64,000 bases of DNA from a virus: IMG/VR virus record IMGVR_UViG_3300045988_110026; one strand, given 5' to 3'. How positions within the stretch are numbered: the stretch's first letter is position 1; each line of letters begins with the position of its first letter. The translations under genes and the position numbers were made by a program. The notes beneath the pieces are model-generated. The model worked only from the letters and a program-made list of their open reading frames with translations, was not told the DNA's origin and did not search any database. Shown in pieces: positions 11,501 to 20,034 of the stretch.

Positions 11501-11931
11501 AGGCCGTATCTATGCTTCTTGCCGGATGGCGTGATGATGATGAAAACGAAGAAAGTTGGCTTACTCAATTCGGATCCTATGTCGGATTCAGAACCATAAA
11601 CGAAATAGCTTCACAGATGCCGTTTATTATGGAGCTTAATGTGGTAGATATCATTAACGACCCGTTTGTTATGGGACGGAAACTTAAGGATCTTACCGAT
11701 CTTAGGAACTACTCACTTGATAAGGTGACGTCCGGTACATACAAAGGAGAGTCTAAGTTATTTAGGCAACTCGCCAAACAGACGTTTATCAAACAATGGT
11801 ATAATATCAAGACGCCGGAAGATATAGCGCGCGCCTATAATTGGTGGCAGCAGACAAACAACAAGTCAATGATGTTCTTCATCGGCGCCACTCCTGATTC
11901 GGAAGGAGACGATGATGTTAGTTACAAATAG
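5509..11931 (+). CDS. giant 2140-aa protein; candidate virion tape-measure / ejection-type protein
   Basis: Uninterrupted 6.4-kb ORF. It has a long central coiled-coil-like Lys/Glu/Asp-rich region and C-terminal hydrophobic segments (MMAVERFMSVMNLALSPFVAATGALTGHINLIM; VYAGTFLIMQAVSMLLAGW). No polymerase, helicase or methylase motif was seen. Confidence 0.75.
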   Translation: MASTCIIKRDNKKKVVSVSTRSGDRSMLFDKIASIPLMENRERATTVFKTVFSNKFLKAFGDWRKKVPINKKAYNKVKSNIDLIPEAYRERVLDKASKMSNPVLVSKSDAPYEIRESGFGFYSQDLGDNIMLVDAMVPSSISVPEGPGIDAGQYLQDAISSDFTPVSMVQDKGVNYMVIKDGLKIFSPEELPQTDSNPVGVTYQTGEPRLFFMNDRNQLFEDYGEALRSGGNDIRIGFLSGTVQESAWDGVADITYKAGRYVLNNPKSFIPVMTASASTSLSTKGGIINYLIKKGLLSGSKIFDPETRSYYLTGEGHTGQIRLFNSALSYTELRNHFGSDVSMNDQGMITISSLDNSKVTMRLATGGTERVSKEQIKNDLKSGRYNELDAKYDHFDALVVSFILEDNDLYADTKAKIVSDYSRQERDQRNSIVEILKTLGVSVIGMTDYIEKYQTKYGHEPSAKALADIANNVIAVGEDATLSDLVEETAHFLVEAYRDQNAVEAVLQDVEGTEEWNQYAGQYYNTYGKVYEGAELDNAVRREILGKILAREMQTGTAQAPVEPTSFLGRVRQLLSGIVSWLKSALSTQRQDLNNVIKNIRDLAITDIDKGFDTSLLKDNDFTLYSLSSMNKNKFLESKIRSLRKTLRDLRQISSDRAVTTSMTLAQLKTIEDKINKVETEIDKNEMAAAMNSMISTAEAQVRYLSNVVNTILHGDTKDGKLHFNTNDRKNVDIINNQVLPIMNDLRGYIRNRSTEFDEREKQDYTNRINTVIADINGIQSDIKSVQDLDESTLLDKLMNELHVPADKVKRVKEFFDKVQHDVSWISRWFGILEHSSSPFNNALGAMIAKDNYNAMVNAQPAISDFLAYAKKHGFNKYEFEKLLQKVDGKTSNYLRSALDMAKYDRNKKLAQMRAFATAMNIEISEEEINDVVDNNRNYVFKREVVDKDGNTVTENAKFKPSSDRVNTDIFTIEQEKIYTEQMEKWDAENSELEFSESYATRMESIYKKAEEELGYPVSQTTKEYLNALSRQKQILRQPFIDSGGNFDEVAYFKSSNYEEEGLLRKQRKEAASEYIYVGTRRVEKTGDQLKMAKEIQAINEVWRKESNNATNAVSESFLQKLRTIQSESGGEAALKTLMLGGHLSFNDRFWNDVESEQSARTESNNKASYLKMAHDIISSTTSDRDATDVDSIVKDIEKNKAIIKEIIGNNRDVADIGEINEATFTSSERDAFRAASEAIEADYAILIDYAKMVGLEDIDKYLTKSSKAENEVNQSYLNALADSKEVEWKFVQRHTTAKKAKRIQALRDKLFKAADNRYLFTVSETNYLSEKLGISKELDGRDFRNAVNAKMASLFLNNTREEGVEEANAIVNEFARSQVFSYYKRMAPTGYAAMIDKIGRGEIDVAQMVKDVQNGTSTQDYGMDISYLSFDPVRALVAESEAENSGRNPDYVKDHGYGHRMPKKSLYRDESYFNDFGIKYDADGNEVATKNVEQWNMIQKLKEIKRQSLDLYKEQSPNLYAIPQISKQDIERVEGLGINFKNTVRNFVSDLCLDRVDDSLYGKTRQGEVYDPEDRLRSIPKYYIYELENQDDVSHDFGYSYSMLMMQSSLYNEKQKSIELAQGLEQMLLNKQFEGGKKAEATQAYQMFRDFFNDHYYGIRMNTKKLTVNIGGYTVDLTRIMMAVERFMSVMNLALSPFVAATGALTGHINLIMESAVGQYISKDSLKYASAEFSRLAPSCIAETGDIDRKSKLYVIGERMGIFNIRNRMYGAGYNRVARTLMRSPMYAFMEILNYPLDPQVMIATMDNVRYYKGRFYTFQDFKMEKERNKEQSTIKREWNALKDRTLWSMVDVVDGKVVVKPRSGVTVEEVETQMAITRNQVRSLSQICNGSLNEENRTAASRNWIARFMTAHRGWLVLAAQRLWKRRGFNFQTMQEEEGLSITLKNMIAKTFSLASESGMKNIIDAWNENKDNMNEVEKTNLKRLSVYAGTFLIMQAVSMLLAGWRDDDENEESWLTQFGSYVGFRTINEIASQMPFIMELNVVDIINDPFVMGRKLKDLTDLRNYSLDKVTSGTYKGESKLFRQLAKQTFIKQWYNIKTPEDIARAYNWWQQTNNKSMMFFIGATPDSEGDDDVSYK

Positions 11932-12070
11932 ACGAAGAATATCGGACTTGCATTGTTTTTGTATGATTCCAATATGCTATATTAGTATCGTCAAAGAGTA
12001 GATTGTACGTTTTTTTGTTCTTACTTGAAAGATTATGTAGGTTTAATTTTTTTTCTGAAATTGTTTTCTT

Positions 12071-12114
12071 ACCGGTTCTCAGTCAGAGATGATAGGGAAC
12101 CGGTTTCTTTTGTT
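12071..12114 (+). terminator. hairpin accggttc...gaaccggt followed by TTCTTTTGTT, at the convergent junction
   Basis: read directly; 215 bp after the giant ORF. Confidence 0.55.
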
Positions 12115-12146
12115 ATGAAAAAAAAGGTATATAATTACCTAAGTTT

Positions 12147-12635
12147 TTAAGCATTAACTTCATGACCTTCCCTATCTGTTAAAGCCAAACCAACACCTTC
12201 TATAACGTATCCTACTACAGGAGCCTTATCAAATTCTTCCTTCGTAGCCCAAGTAGCATTATCAGGCATCAGATCCTTAAATGCATCCGAAACATCACCT
12301 TGGCACCAGCAGTTATTTGATGTAACAATACCCTTCCCTTCGATATTGATATACATTTTTCTTCCACCACATCCAAGGCTATTCCATCCTCTTGGCACGT
12401 TTTCCACCATAGGCTTAAGCACCCAGCTTACACCGTCTATCCTAACCCATCCAGGATCGTCTTTGTGCTTGTCGTACAAGTTTTGCCAAAAAGAGCATTC
12501 GTAGCACCATCCCCTGTCTTCCATGACAGTTCTTATCTCACTCCTTTCAAATCCATCTGCATCCATCGTGTGCGGAGAATGAGGCTGGTGAGGGGTGCCA
12601 CATTTTGGACATACGAGTTTTAAATTATTTTTCAT
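12147..12635 (-). CDS. zinc-finger protein
   Basis: CPKCGTPH...CYECS. Confidence 0.5.
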   Translation of the reverse strand: MKNNLKLVCPKCGTPHQPHSPHTMDADGFERSEIRTVMEDRGWCYECSFWQNLYDKHKDDPGWVRIDGVSWVLKPMVENVPRGWNSLGCGGRKMYINIEGKGIVTSNNCWCQGDVSDAFKDLMPDNATWATKEEFDKAPVVGYVIEGVGLALTDREGHEVNA

Positions 12636-12636
12636 A

Positions 12637-12870
12637 TTATTTCACTTTTACGATTTTAATAGAATCTCCGATATTGTATTCTCCTTGGTATCCAACGAAT
12701 TTTATGATTCTATTATGTTTAAATATTGAAATTCTTTCGTCTTCAGCATAATACATCACACGTCCACCCTGTAAAGGACGTAGATCATATATAACCCATC
12801 CGTCATTAACCTGATGATTATTTGAACATGATGATAATACTAATGTTATCAATAAAATAAAATACTTCAT
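12637..12870 (-). CDS. putative lipoprotein
   Basis: N-terminus MKYFILLITLVLSSC: signal peptide plus lipobox Cys. Confidence 0.5.
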   Translation of the reverse strand: MKYFILLITLVLSSCSNNHQVNDGWVIYDLRPLQGGRVMYYAEDERISIFKHNRIIKFVGYQGEYNIGDSIKIVKVK

Positions 12871-12877
12871 ATTATTT

Positions 12878-13789
12878 TCAACATAAAAATTTGTAACCTG
12901 GTTTTACTGCCTCTGCTTCTTCTCTCGTATCAAACATTAAGATAGTGACAGCTCCTATGCCTTCGCAAATGTAAGACACTTTCACCCACCACCTAAAAAT
13001 ACCAGAACCGTAATCATCATAGTACGGCTCGGAAAGAATCTCTTCTACATACCCATCTAAATAATTCACGATCTCTCCTCCTTGTTTTTTAGATTCTGCC
13101 TCTTCGAGTATGCTGATCACCTTATCAACAATATCTGAATCGGATATTTTCTCAATAAAAACATCCATTGCCTTAGTTATGTCATTGGCTTCTTTTTCTT
13201 CAAGAGCTATTTCTCCACCGGTAATAGCATCAGATAATGATGTAGATAAGTGTCTTATCTTATCAATGCTCATAAACGTAAATGGATTACCACCTTGACC
13301 CCCACCCATTTCTTTCATGATCTGATATCCACCTGAGATAAGTCTGCCTGATGTCGTGGCCAAGGAGGATACGATTAGGGACAGTACCGCCGCTTCCGTC
13401 CGCTCCTCGGACACACCCCTCGACCACACGGCTGCCCTTATAGCGCCGGCCAGGTCGTCTATGTATGGCATGAGGCAATCTTCCATCGCTTGTGTTATAT
13501 CAGCTATAACCTCACTACGCTCTTTATTTATGTAGTAGATAGAAGCATTGTACCTCTTTATCTCTTTGTCCATGTCATTTAAAAGACGCTTGATATTGTG
13601 CTTATACATAGGACTGGTTTTAATTACTTCCTTTAGCTTAAGAATGTAATTATAAGCCTGGTCGTTTACGAACAACGTCATGGTCTCAACCGTTGAATGA
13701 AGCGTGTTGAGACTGTTAAGGATCTTATCGAAATTGTTTATCAAATAAGCTTTTCTGGCTTTTGCTGCATAGTTAATCATCGTATTCAA
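12878..13789 (-). CDS. hypothetical protein
   Basis: 303 aa. Confidence 0.5.
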   Translation of the reverse strand: MNTMINYAAKARKAYLINNFDKILNSLNTLHSTVETMTLFVNDQAYNYILKLKEVIKTSPMYKHNIKRLLNDMDKEIKRYNASIYYINKERSEVIADITQAMEDCLMPYIDDLAGAIRAAVWSRGVSEERTEAAVLSLIVSSLATTSGRLISGGYQIMKEMGGGQGGNPFTFMSIDKIRHLSTSLSDAITGGEIALEEKEANDITKAMDVFIEKISDSDIVDKVISILEEAESKKQGGEIVNYLDGYVEEILSEPYYDDYGSGIFRWWVKVSYICEGIGAVTILMFDTREEAEAVKPGYKFLC

Positions 13790-14315
13790 ATTTTAGATTT
13801 TCAAGTTCATGTATTTGTAACCTAAGAGACTTAATTAAATTCGTTCTCTGTTCCTCTGCATGTTTTAAAGCCTCTTCCTTGCTTTCAAAAGCACAATCCC
13901 CTATCTGATAAGGGGTGTAACGACCAGGAGTGTCGGCTAATAAAAGACCACCACAATCTTCTATTCTGGCTTTTACCTTTCTTATTTTCCCATCTTTTAG
14001 ACACATGTCTGTAACCCATACGAATTTACCATATAATTTATCATACTCTTCTGATCTCTCTTCTTGCAATTCATACCATTTCGGCTTAGGAAATCTTAAT
14101 GTGAATTTAACCTCAGTATCTTTTTCTAAGACATTAATATCGTATGCTTCCGGCCACAGCTCTTTTATGCTGTCTTCGTCTTCGGCATACGCTACAAGTG
14201 TGAATGAATCATCAGATTCACCACTACACCAATATGGATATTTTATAGGCCATTTGACTGGACGGTAGTCGTTACTACAGTCGGATTTTTTAATGTAAAA
14301 TCTTGCTCTAATCAT
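13773..14315 (-). CDS. hypothetical protein
   Basis: 180 aa. Confidence 0.5.
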   Translation of the reverse strand: MIRARFYIKKSDCSNDYRPVKWPIKYPYWCSGESDDSFTLVAYAEDEDSIKELWPEAYDINVLEKDTEVKFTLRFPKPKWYELQEERSEEYDKLYGKFVWVTDMCLKDGKIRKVKARIEDCGGLLLADTPGRYTPYQIGDCAFESKEEALKHAEEQRTNLIKSLRLQIHELENLKFEYDD

Positions 14316-14322
14316 ATCGTTA

Positions 14323-14634
14323 TTAATCTAATAATTTTTCAATTTTAATTGATTTTGATGATAGATACATATTCCATGTTCCTCTGCCTCTGTCACCTTT
14401 TTCGTTTTGTTTTTGGATTGTCAAGTACAGATCTCCGTCTTCACATACTTCAACTTTTTTCAAGAAGCCTATCATTTCATCTCCTGTTTCGTGTAAAATA
14501 CGGATCTTACCTCCTTCTTTTAACCCATAATTGGAATCAAAGTATTCTTTTTTGATTCTATCAATATTGTCTTTATGGTTTTTTATAGCATAAAGCTCTT
14601 TTCTTAATAAATAATTTAGTTGTTCTATTGTCAT
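14323..14634 (-). CDS. hypothetical protein
   Basis: 103 aa. Confidence 0.45.
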   Translation of the reverse strand: MTIEQLNYLLRKELYAIKNHKDNIDRIKKEYFDSNYGLKEGGKIRILHETGDEMIGFLKKVEVCEDGDLYLTIQKQNEKGDRGRGTWNMYLSSKSIKIEKLLD

Positions 14635-15188
14635 TTCTTTTCCTCCTTGTTTAATGGTATCAACCCTTTTCCATGCTTGTCATACCACAGCATAGCTATA
14701 CAGTTCCATGCACATTGTGCAAGATGAAAACATCCTGTATCGGAATCCACTCTTTCCCCTTTCATGTATTCCATTAGGTGTCTGGCAGCCGCAGCACGAT
14801 ACCGTTCAAACCCGTTGTCAAGGTTCTGCCATTTATTGGGTCCGTACTTCTTTGCACCAGCATGATAGACTCTTACAATATCCTCAATCTCTTTCATTGG
14901 AAGCAAATCCCATCGTAGTTTGTCGTCAATGATGTCATTTTTCACCGATTTGTTTTCTATGGGGTCTTTGGTAAGAATAATATCCATAATATCCGTTTCT
15001 ATGACGAACGTCTCCCCATTGCAACAAACCTCAGCATATTTATCATTTACTTCTATGTCTGATACTGCCTCCGCTATAGCTCCTTTGACGATTTTAAATT
15101 CGGCACTGATTATATCATCTTTTAATATGCGAAAAATAGATCCTTTTGGATAAAGGATATTTTTAGTATTATCATCCATCTTTTCCAT
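14631..15188 (-). CDS. protein with C-terminal MazG-like dATP/dGTP pyrophosphohydrolase-type domain
   Basis: C-terminal half LRWDLLPMKEIEDIVRVYHAGAKKYGPNKW...AARHLMEY...DSDTGCFHLAQCAWNCIAMLWY fits the phage all-alpha NTP-PPase signature (KYG..nW, RH, D.dsG.HlA...N.LaLl). Confidence 0.55.
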   Translation of the reverse strand: MEKMDDNTKNILYPKGSIFRILKDDIISAEFKIVKGAIAEAVSDIEVNDKYAEVCCNGETFVIETDIMDIILTKDPIENKSVKNDIIDDKLRWDLLPMKEIEDIVRVYHAGAKKYGPNKWQNLDNGFERYRAAAARHLMEYMKGERVDSDTGCFHLAQCAWNCIAMLWYDKHGKGLIPLNKEEKK

Positions 15189-15240
15189 TGCTTTATCGTT
15201 GTTTTACCTCATTTCGATAGTAATATAATCCATCTTCGTC

Positions 15241-15528
15241 TTATACCCTATCATTTCTGTTTTTCTCAAAATACTGTTTTACGGCTTCAATCGCCTTATC
15301 GTCATCAAAAGCCTCTACAAACCCCTCATAGAATCTATTTCGCTCCATAGAGAACGTATTGCTTCCATCCGGAATGGTTCTGAACACAACTACCTTCTCT
15401 CCATCTACGTTCGTTCCTATGATGTTGTTATGGAGAATAATAGAATACCGCCCAGAGTTTTTGTTCTGGACGACACTATGTTCGAGATTGTAGAGTCTAA
15501 GTAGTTCTCTTATTTCTTTTACTCCCAT
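15241..15528 (-). CDS. hypothetical protein
   Basis: 95 aa. Confidence 0.45.
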   Translation of the reverse strand: MGVKEIRELLRLYNLEHSVVQNKNSGRYSIILHNNIIGTNVDGEKVVVFRTIPDGSNTFSMERNRFYEGFVEAFDDDKAIEAVKQYFEKNRNDRV

Positions 15529-15529
15529 A

Positions 15530-16297
15530 TTATTTTACGTTTTTAGAAGTTACAGCCTCTTCTCCCCATTTCTTTACATATATAGATCTCATCATGTTCA
15601 TTAAATTAGAGAAAGAAGAGATGGTTCCCATCTCTATGCAGAATGCAAGATTAGACTGTAGGGTTTCAAGTTCTTTCAACTGCTCCTGTGTAGCCCTATT
15701 TCTTATCATGCTTTCATGCTCATTAAATACAATCCAATTTAAGCCTTTAGCCATCTTGGAGTAATCGGCATCCGGAAATCTTGATATAGCTCTTGACAAG
15801 ACATTGTATTTATCACCTGCCTCTATTCGGTTTAAGATAAGCTTATCTGTTAACCACGTAACAACCTCAGCATACAACATAGGGTTTAGTTCCATAGCTA
15901 CAAGCACCCATATATATGGATTACACATAGTTCTCCTATTCTCTCCTCTACCCATTGTCTTATAAGCTCCCATTTTTTTCATCACTTTTATAAGTGACTC
16001 TTTTTCAACAGATTGTATAAAACCAGGAAATCCTGATTCTATCTTATATCCTTGTTTTTCAAGGATATAGTAAACACGTTCCGCACTCTCCTTATTAGAT
16101 AGGATATTCTCTATTCTCTTTTCATTCCACCCCATCTCAACCCTCTTCTTCGTATAGGCTTCCTGAAGGTCTGTTAAGGACATAAACGAAGTTTTAGTGT
16201 CCTGCTTAATTATTACGCCAAATAATTCTCGGTCTTTTGATACCATTGTAACATTTGTTTTCATAAAATATAACACATAAAAAATAATACGATACAA
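15530..16297 (-). CDS. hypothetical protein
   Basis: 255 aa; the true start may be an internal Met. Confidence 0.5.
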   Translation of the reverse strand: MYRIIFYVLYFMKTNVTMVSKDRELFGVIIKQDTKTSFMSLTDLQEAYTKKRVEMGWNEKRIENILSNKESAERVYYILEKQGYKIESGFPGFIQSVEKESLIKVMKKMGAYKTMGRGENRRTMCNPYIWVLVAMELNPMLYAEVVTWLTDKLILNRIEAGDKYNVLSRAISRFPDADYSKMAKGLNWIVFNEHESMIRNRATQEQLKELETLQSNLAFCIEMGTISSFSNLMNMMRSIYVKKWGEEAVTSKNVK

Positions 16298-16361
16298 AAA
16301 TATGTATCGTATTATATCTATACAAATATATTGTGTTAAATTTTATGATTATATTTTTACG

Positions 16362-16724
16362 TTATGCGCCTATGGCTGCCTCTAAATTCCCTATAATACC
16401 AGTTTCTATGTCATTGATTTTATCATCAATGGTTGAAACCGCATTCTCTAAATCCCCTACAATACTTTCTATATCATCAACAACCGCCTCCATATTAGCT
16501 ACAGCCTCATCTGATTGATAATATCTTTCTGTATCTTGTAACGACTCCGGCATATTATCTCTTGCTTCCGTCTCTTCGTCTAAAATCATATCAACATCAT
16601 CCTTGGCTGAATCCAGATTATGCCTAACCTCTGACAGCTTTGATTTGATAAACTCAAGATCTGTTTTATGCTTTTCCAAATTGGAAATAATATCCTCTAT
16701 TTTCTTACGTCTTTTGCTGTTCAT
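16362..16724 (-). CDS. hypothetical acidic coiled-coil protein
   Basis: 120 aa. Confidence 0.45.
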   Translation of the reverse strand: MNSKRRKKIEDIISNLEKHKTDLEFIKSKLSEVRHNLDSAKDDVDMILDEETEARDNMPESLQDTERYYQSDEAVANMEAVVDDIESIVGDLENAVSTIDDKINDIETGIIGNLEAAIGA

Positions 16725-18142
16725 GCTTTTATTCTATTATAATATTCGATAATCTTTTCTTTCCTGTCTCCTGGTTTTACTGCCATATTCTCAGCCAAGA
16801 ACCTAAAATACGACACTGGTATGTCCTTGAATCTAATTCCTTCATATTTTCCAAACCACATTATTATGCTGTCAAGATCGTCTTCTCTCCTACCATCTCC
16901 ATTCACAGATTTAAGCGAGGCTGCCCGACGAAGGATCTCGTCTTTGGTAATAATATCACCCATCCTTATATTAGACAGAAGTTGATCGCCGGCAAACATA
17001 CACCAGCCCTTAGAAGGGAATTGCTCGATTGTCAGGTCTTCTATCCGACCAAAGCGTCTCATGTTGTCGCAGCAATCAACTATCAGCGCCTCTTTCTTGT
17101 CAGGATGGATGCGGACGGCGCGGCCTAATATTTGGTAATAAGTTGAATATGAGAAAGTTGGTCGACCAAACATCACACAATCAAGTTCAGGGAAATCAAA
17201 TCCGGTAGCAAGCGTTGAATAATTAAAAACCACCTTCAACTTACCTTCTTTGAAATCGGATATGATTTGCTCTCTTTTCTTTTTGGTTGTTAGCGATGTT
17301 ACGACACCGGTTATGGCTCCCATCCTGGCATTCATGAACTCTGATATTCTATTACATGATTCGATAGAATCCATGCAAACCAAAATGGCTTTACGCTCGT
17401 TCATAAGTTGAAGAAGGCGCTTGTAGATAGAGTTGTTTAAGCCGTTTCGTACAATACTTTCTTTAATAGATTCGTTGGTGTATTCGGCTCCGGTACTGTT
17501 TAACATCAGAGCCGATTCATCAAACGACCATCGTTCGTACTTAAGTGGACACCAAAACCCTTGAGAAGTTAGTTCTTGTATTTGAGTCACATGAACTATT
17601 TTCTTGAAGAAGTTATGCTCGTCTTTCGTCAGCATATTGAGCTTGCTATAGTTCCCTTCCAGCATGGAACTGTAGGTTCGGAGGCGGCAGGGAGTGGCGG
17701 TGAAGCCCAGTACCTTCGCCTCTGGAAACCCGTTCATAAACTCCATAAATTCAGAACCTTCTTCAGGAGAATATCCTGAATGACATTCGTCTATCAATAA
17801 GGTATCTATCCCTATATCCTTCAACCTCGCTACATCTTTCTTTATGCTCTTTAATGTTGCATAAGTCATAGCCGACAGCTCCTTTATACCACATGAAGCA
17901 GAATATATAGTAGGTTTAGAACCGAATGATACGGCCTTTGCATAATTCTGCTCCAGAATCTCTTTTGAGGGCTGTAATACTAATGTCGGTCTATTTATTT
18001 CATGTGCTATCTTGGATATCAGAAGGCTCTTTCCACATCCGCATGGGGCTACGATTATGCCAGGCTTCTTAGATCTTCCTGCAAGAAACTTAAGCCCGGC
18101 ATCTACTGCTTCTTTTTGGTAAGGTCTAAGTTCAAAGCCCAT
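16721..18142 (-). CDS. SF2 DNA/RNA helicase (DEAD/DEAH-like, DECH box)
   Basis: LRPYQKEAV (Q-motif-like), APCGCGKS (motif I), LLIDECH (motif II), FTATP (III), QILGRAVR (VI). Confidence 0.8.
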   Translation of the reverse strand: MGFELRPYQKEAVDAGLKFLAGRSKKPGIIVAPCGCGKSLLISKIAHEINRPTLVLQPSKEILEQNYAKAVSFGSKPTIYSASCGIKELSAMTYATLKSIKKDVARLKDIGIDTLLIDECHSGYSPEEGSEFMEFMNGFPEAKVLGFTATPCRLRTYSSMLEGNYSKLNMLTKDEHNFFKKIVHVTQIQELTSQGFWCPLKYERWSFDESALMLNSTGAEYTNESIKESIVRNGLNNSIYKRLLQLMNERKAILVCMDSIESCNRISEFMNARMGAITGVVTSLTTKKKREQIISDFKEGKLKVVFNYSTLATGFDFPELDCVMFGRPTFSYSTYYQILGRAVRIHPDKKEALIVDCCDNMRRFGRIEDLTIEQFPSKGWCMFAGDQLLSNIRMGDIITKDEILRRAASLKSVNGDGRREDDLDSIIMWFGKYEGIRFKDIPVSYFRFLAENMAVKPGDRKEKIIEYYNRIKA

Positions 18143-18518
18143 CGCAATCTATTATATTATTTTTTGAAAGTTCTATTATCGCCTCTTTCAACATCTCCCT
18201 TGCTTTATTCTCATTATCTTCAAACAGGCATACACTGCATGTAGCACCTTTGGAGGGGTAGTCTCTGTAGGCTTCTGCTCTTTCTACAACGTACTCACAA
18301 CAATAGTCGTGACTCATGTCTTTTGCTATACTTATAAAATGATCTTCTCCATCCATCAACACGCAATATTCAGCATCGTTTTCGCATGCAATAACACCTT
18401 TGTTTTTTAAAATGGATAGCACTTTGTTTCCAAAAAGTCCAATATAGACCCATATATCTTTCCCTGCATTTTTGTAAAAAATATCCATTCCTTCTTTGAT
18501 TGTGACTTTCTTTTCCAT
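18132..18518 (-). CDS. hypothetical protein
   Basis: 128 aa. Confidence 0.45.
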   Translation of the reverse strand: MEKKVTIKEGMDIFYKNAGKDIWVYIGLFGNKVLSILKNKGVIACENDAEYCVLMDGEDHFISIAKDMSHDYCCEYVVERAEAYRDYPSKGATCSVCLFEDNENKAREMLKEAIIELSKNNIIDCDGL

Positions 18519-18524
18519 AATCCC

Positions 18525-18848
18525 TTATTTTATATCAGTAATTAAAACATATATTTTAGCAATATCTTCAAGACTCACAGAAGAACGTATATATAGTTTT
18601 TCTTCGTACTCATATAGAGCGTACCCTTCTTTTACGTCTAATATCTTAATCACATGCTTGCCTCTTTCAAATGGATCCTCAAAGTAGTTCTTATGTTCGT
18701 ATCTTTGACCGACTTTTATTTTGTCAGTTTTCTTCTTCATCTTATAACGATCTACTGCTCTACCTGTTTTTATGAAAGCTGTCGTGAGTAAGTATAATAA
18801 AACTAAATACAAAAGGATCGCTACTCCACATATTAGATCTTCTTTCAT
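18525..18848 (-). CDS. hypothetical membrane protein
   Basis: N-terminal hydrophobic helix. Confidence 0.45.
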   Translation of the reverse strand: MKEDLICGVAILLYLVLLYLLTTAFIKTGRAVDRYKMKKKTDKIKVGQRYEHKNYFEDPFERGKHVIKILDVKEGYALYEYEEKLYIRSSVSLEDIAKIYVLITDIK

Positions 18849-19014
18849 TGGACTCCCTTTAAGTAGTTAAACCATATATCCTCCAGCTTCTCCTGAAGCT
18901 CAAATGCTTTCTTAAAATCCCCGCATCTTACAGCAACGTCTCTCATGTATGTCAAGTTTATAACTTCCGGATCTTGCCGGTATTTTGTTCTTAACTTTTG
19001 AACATCCTCGTATT

Positions 19015-20034
19015 TCATCGCTTTATCTTTTTAGACGGATCCCAATCTGAAGAGAAAGGGCATTCGTTTTTGTTATGTAATCCAAAGTCACAATAATAAC
19101 ACAGTGCCGACGGGCAGGGTAGCTTGTTTTGCGAAACAGGCTGGCTTAGGGTGGCACGCCGCTTGCTATACCTGGCTCCTTCTGCTCCCTGGATGTACGC
19201 TTGAAATGATTTTACACTATTATCTTCAAAATCATACATTTTAGATAAAGTGTCATTTAGCATCTCTATAGATTTTGTTTTACGTTCCTCATCCACTTTA
19301 ACCTTTTGGTATTGTCTGGTCCTGGTAAAGAAATAGATGTTCATATCTGGCAGAACTCCACCATATTTTCTATAGATGTAAAACGAATATATAGGATGCT
19401 GTAAATTCGTTTCCAACTTCTTAGAATCAAAAACCTTATTACCTGATTTCCAATCTATGACATAATGGTGAACTACGTTCTTGCTCTTTATAGCCAGATG
19501 AAGATCTACCGATCCTACTATGTACACATGTGTATGAACGTCACCATTTATATCAACAGGCTTAGGAAGACGATACGGCAGCACAAAATCTTCTTCGACT
19601 CCAATTATAGCGCCGTGTCTGATAAGTTTCTCACAGGGATTAAGATCACTATCAGCTATCATAAACCTATTGCCGTCTTTTTTGAACAGATCCACAATCC
19701 AAGCAAGAAGCTCCCCAGATTGTTTCATGGCTATCATCATATTTTCCGGTGATTGCCAAGGTATGTCTTCTTGATAGGAATAGTAACTTATCGCTTCTCC
19801 AAGGTCTTTACCAGAAGGCTGTCTTCCGTTCTTAAAGAAGTATTCCAGTGTTTTATGGATAACCGTACCATAAGATGTAGCTTCTTGTTTTTCTGTAGAC
19901 CTTTTACCCTCTACGTAAGTCTTATACCATTTCATTGGACAAGTAAGAAACGTATCTATCTGGGAATAAGATATGGCAAGACGTTTCACACCATTAAACT
20001 CCTTATATAGCAAATGTGTTTCCGGGACCATCAT
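19015..20034 (-). CDS. Cas4-like / RecB-family PD-(D/E)XK exonuclease with Fe-S Cys cluster
   Basis: N-terminal SYSQIDTFLTCPMKWY plus GTVIHKTLE; IDWKSG (D-x-K); Q..IYSFYIY (QxxxY); C-terminal CPSALCYYCDF...NECPF. Confidence 0.8.
   Translation of the reverse strand: MMVPETHLLYKEFNGVKRLAISYSQIDTFLTCPMKWYKTYVEGKRSTEKQEATSYGTVIHKTLEYFFKNGRQPSGKDLGEAISYYSYQEDIPWQSPENMMIAMKQSGELLAWIVDLFKKDGNRFMIADSDLNPCEKLIRHGAIIGVEEDFVLPYRLPKPVDINGDVHTHVYIVGSVDLHLAIKSKNVVHHYVIDWKSGNKVFDSKKLETNLQHPIYSFYIYRKYGGVLPDMNIYFFTRTRQYQKVKVDEERKTKSIEMLNDTLSKMYDFEDNSVKSFQAYIQGAEGARYSKRRATLSQPVSQNKLPCPSALCYYCDFGLHNKNECPFSSDWDPSKKIKR

Noticed and set aside
5509-11931. Giant ORF as a crAss-type virion RNA polymerase
   Set aside because: I could not find a DxDGD/NADFDGD double-psi-beta-barrel motif or any other polymerase signature; the coiled-coil plus TM architecture fits a tape-measure or ejection protein better
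15530-16297. KilA-N / antirepressor assignment for the 255-aa protein
   Set aside because: N-terminal resemblance (ELFGVIIKQD...SLTDL) was too weak to assert without a profile search
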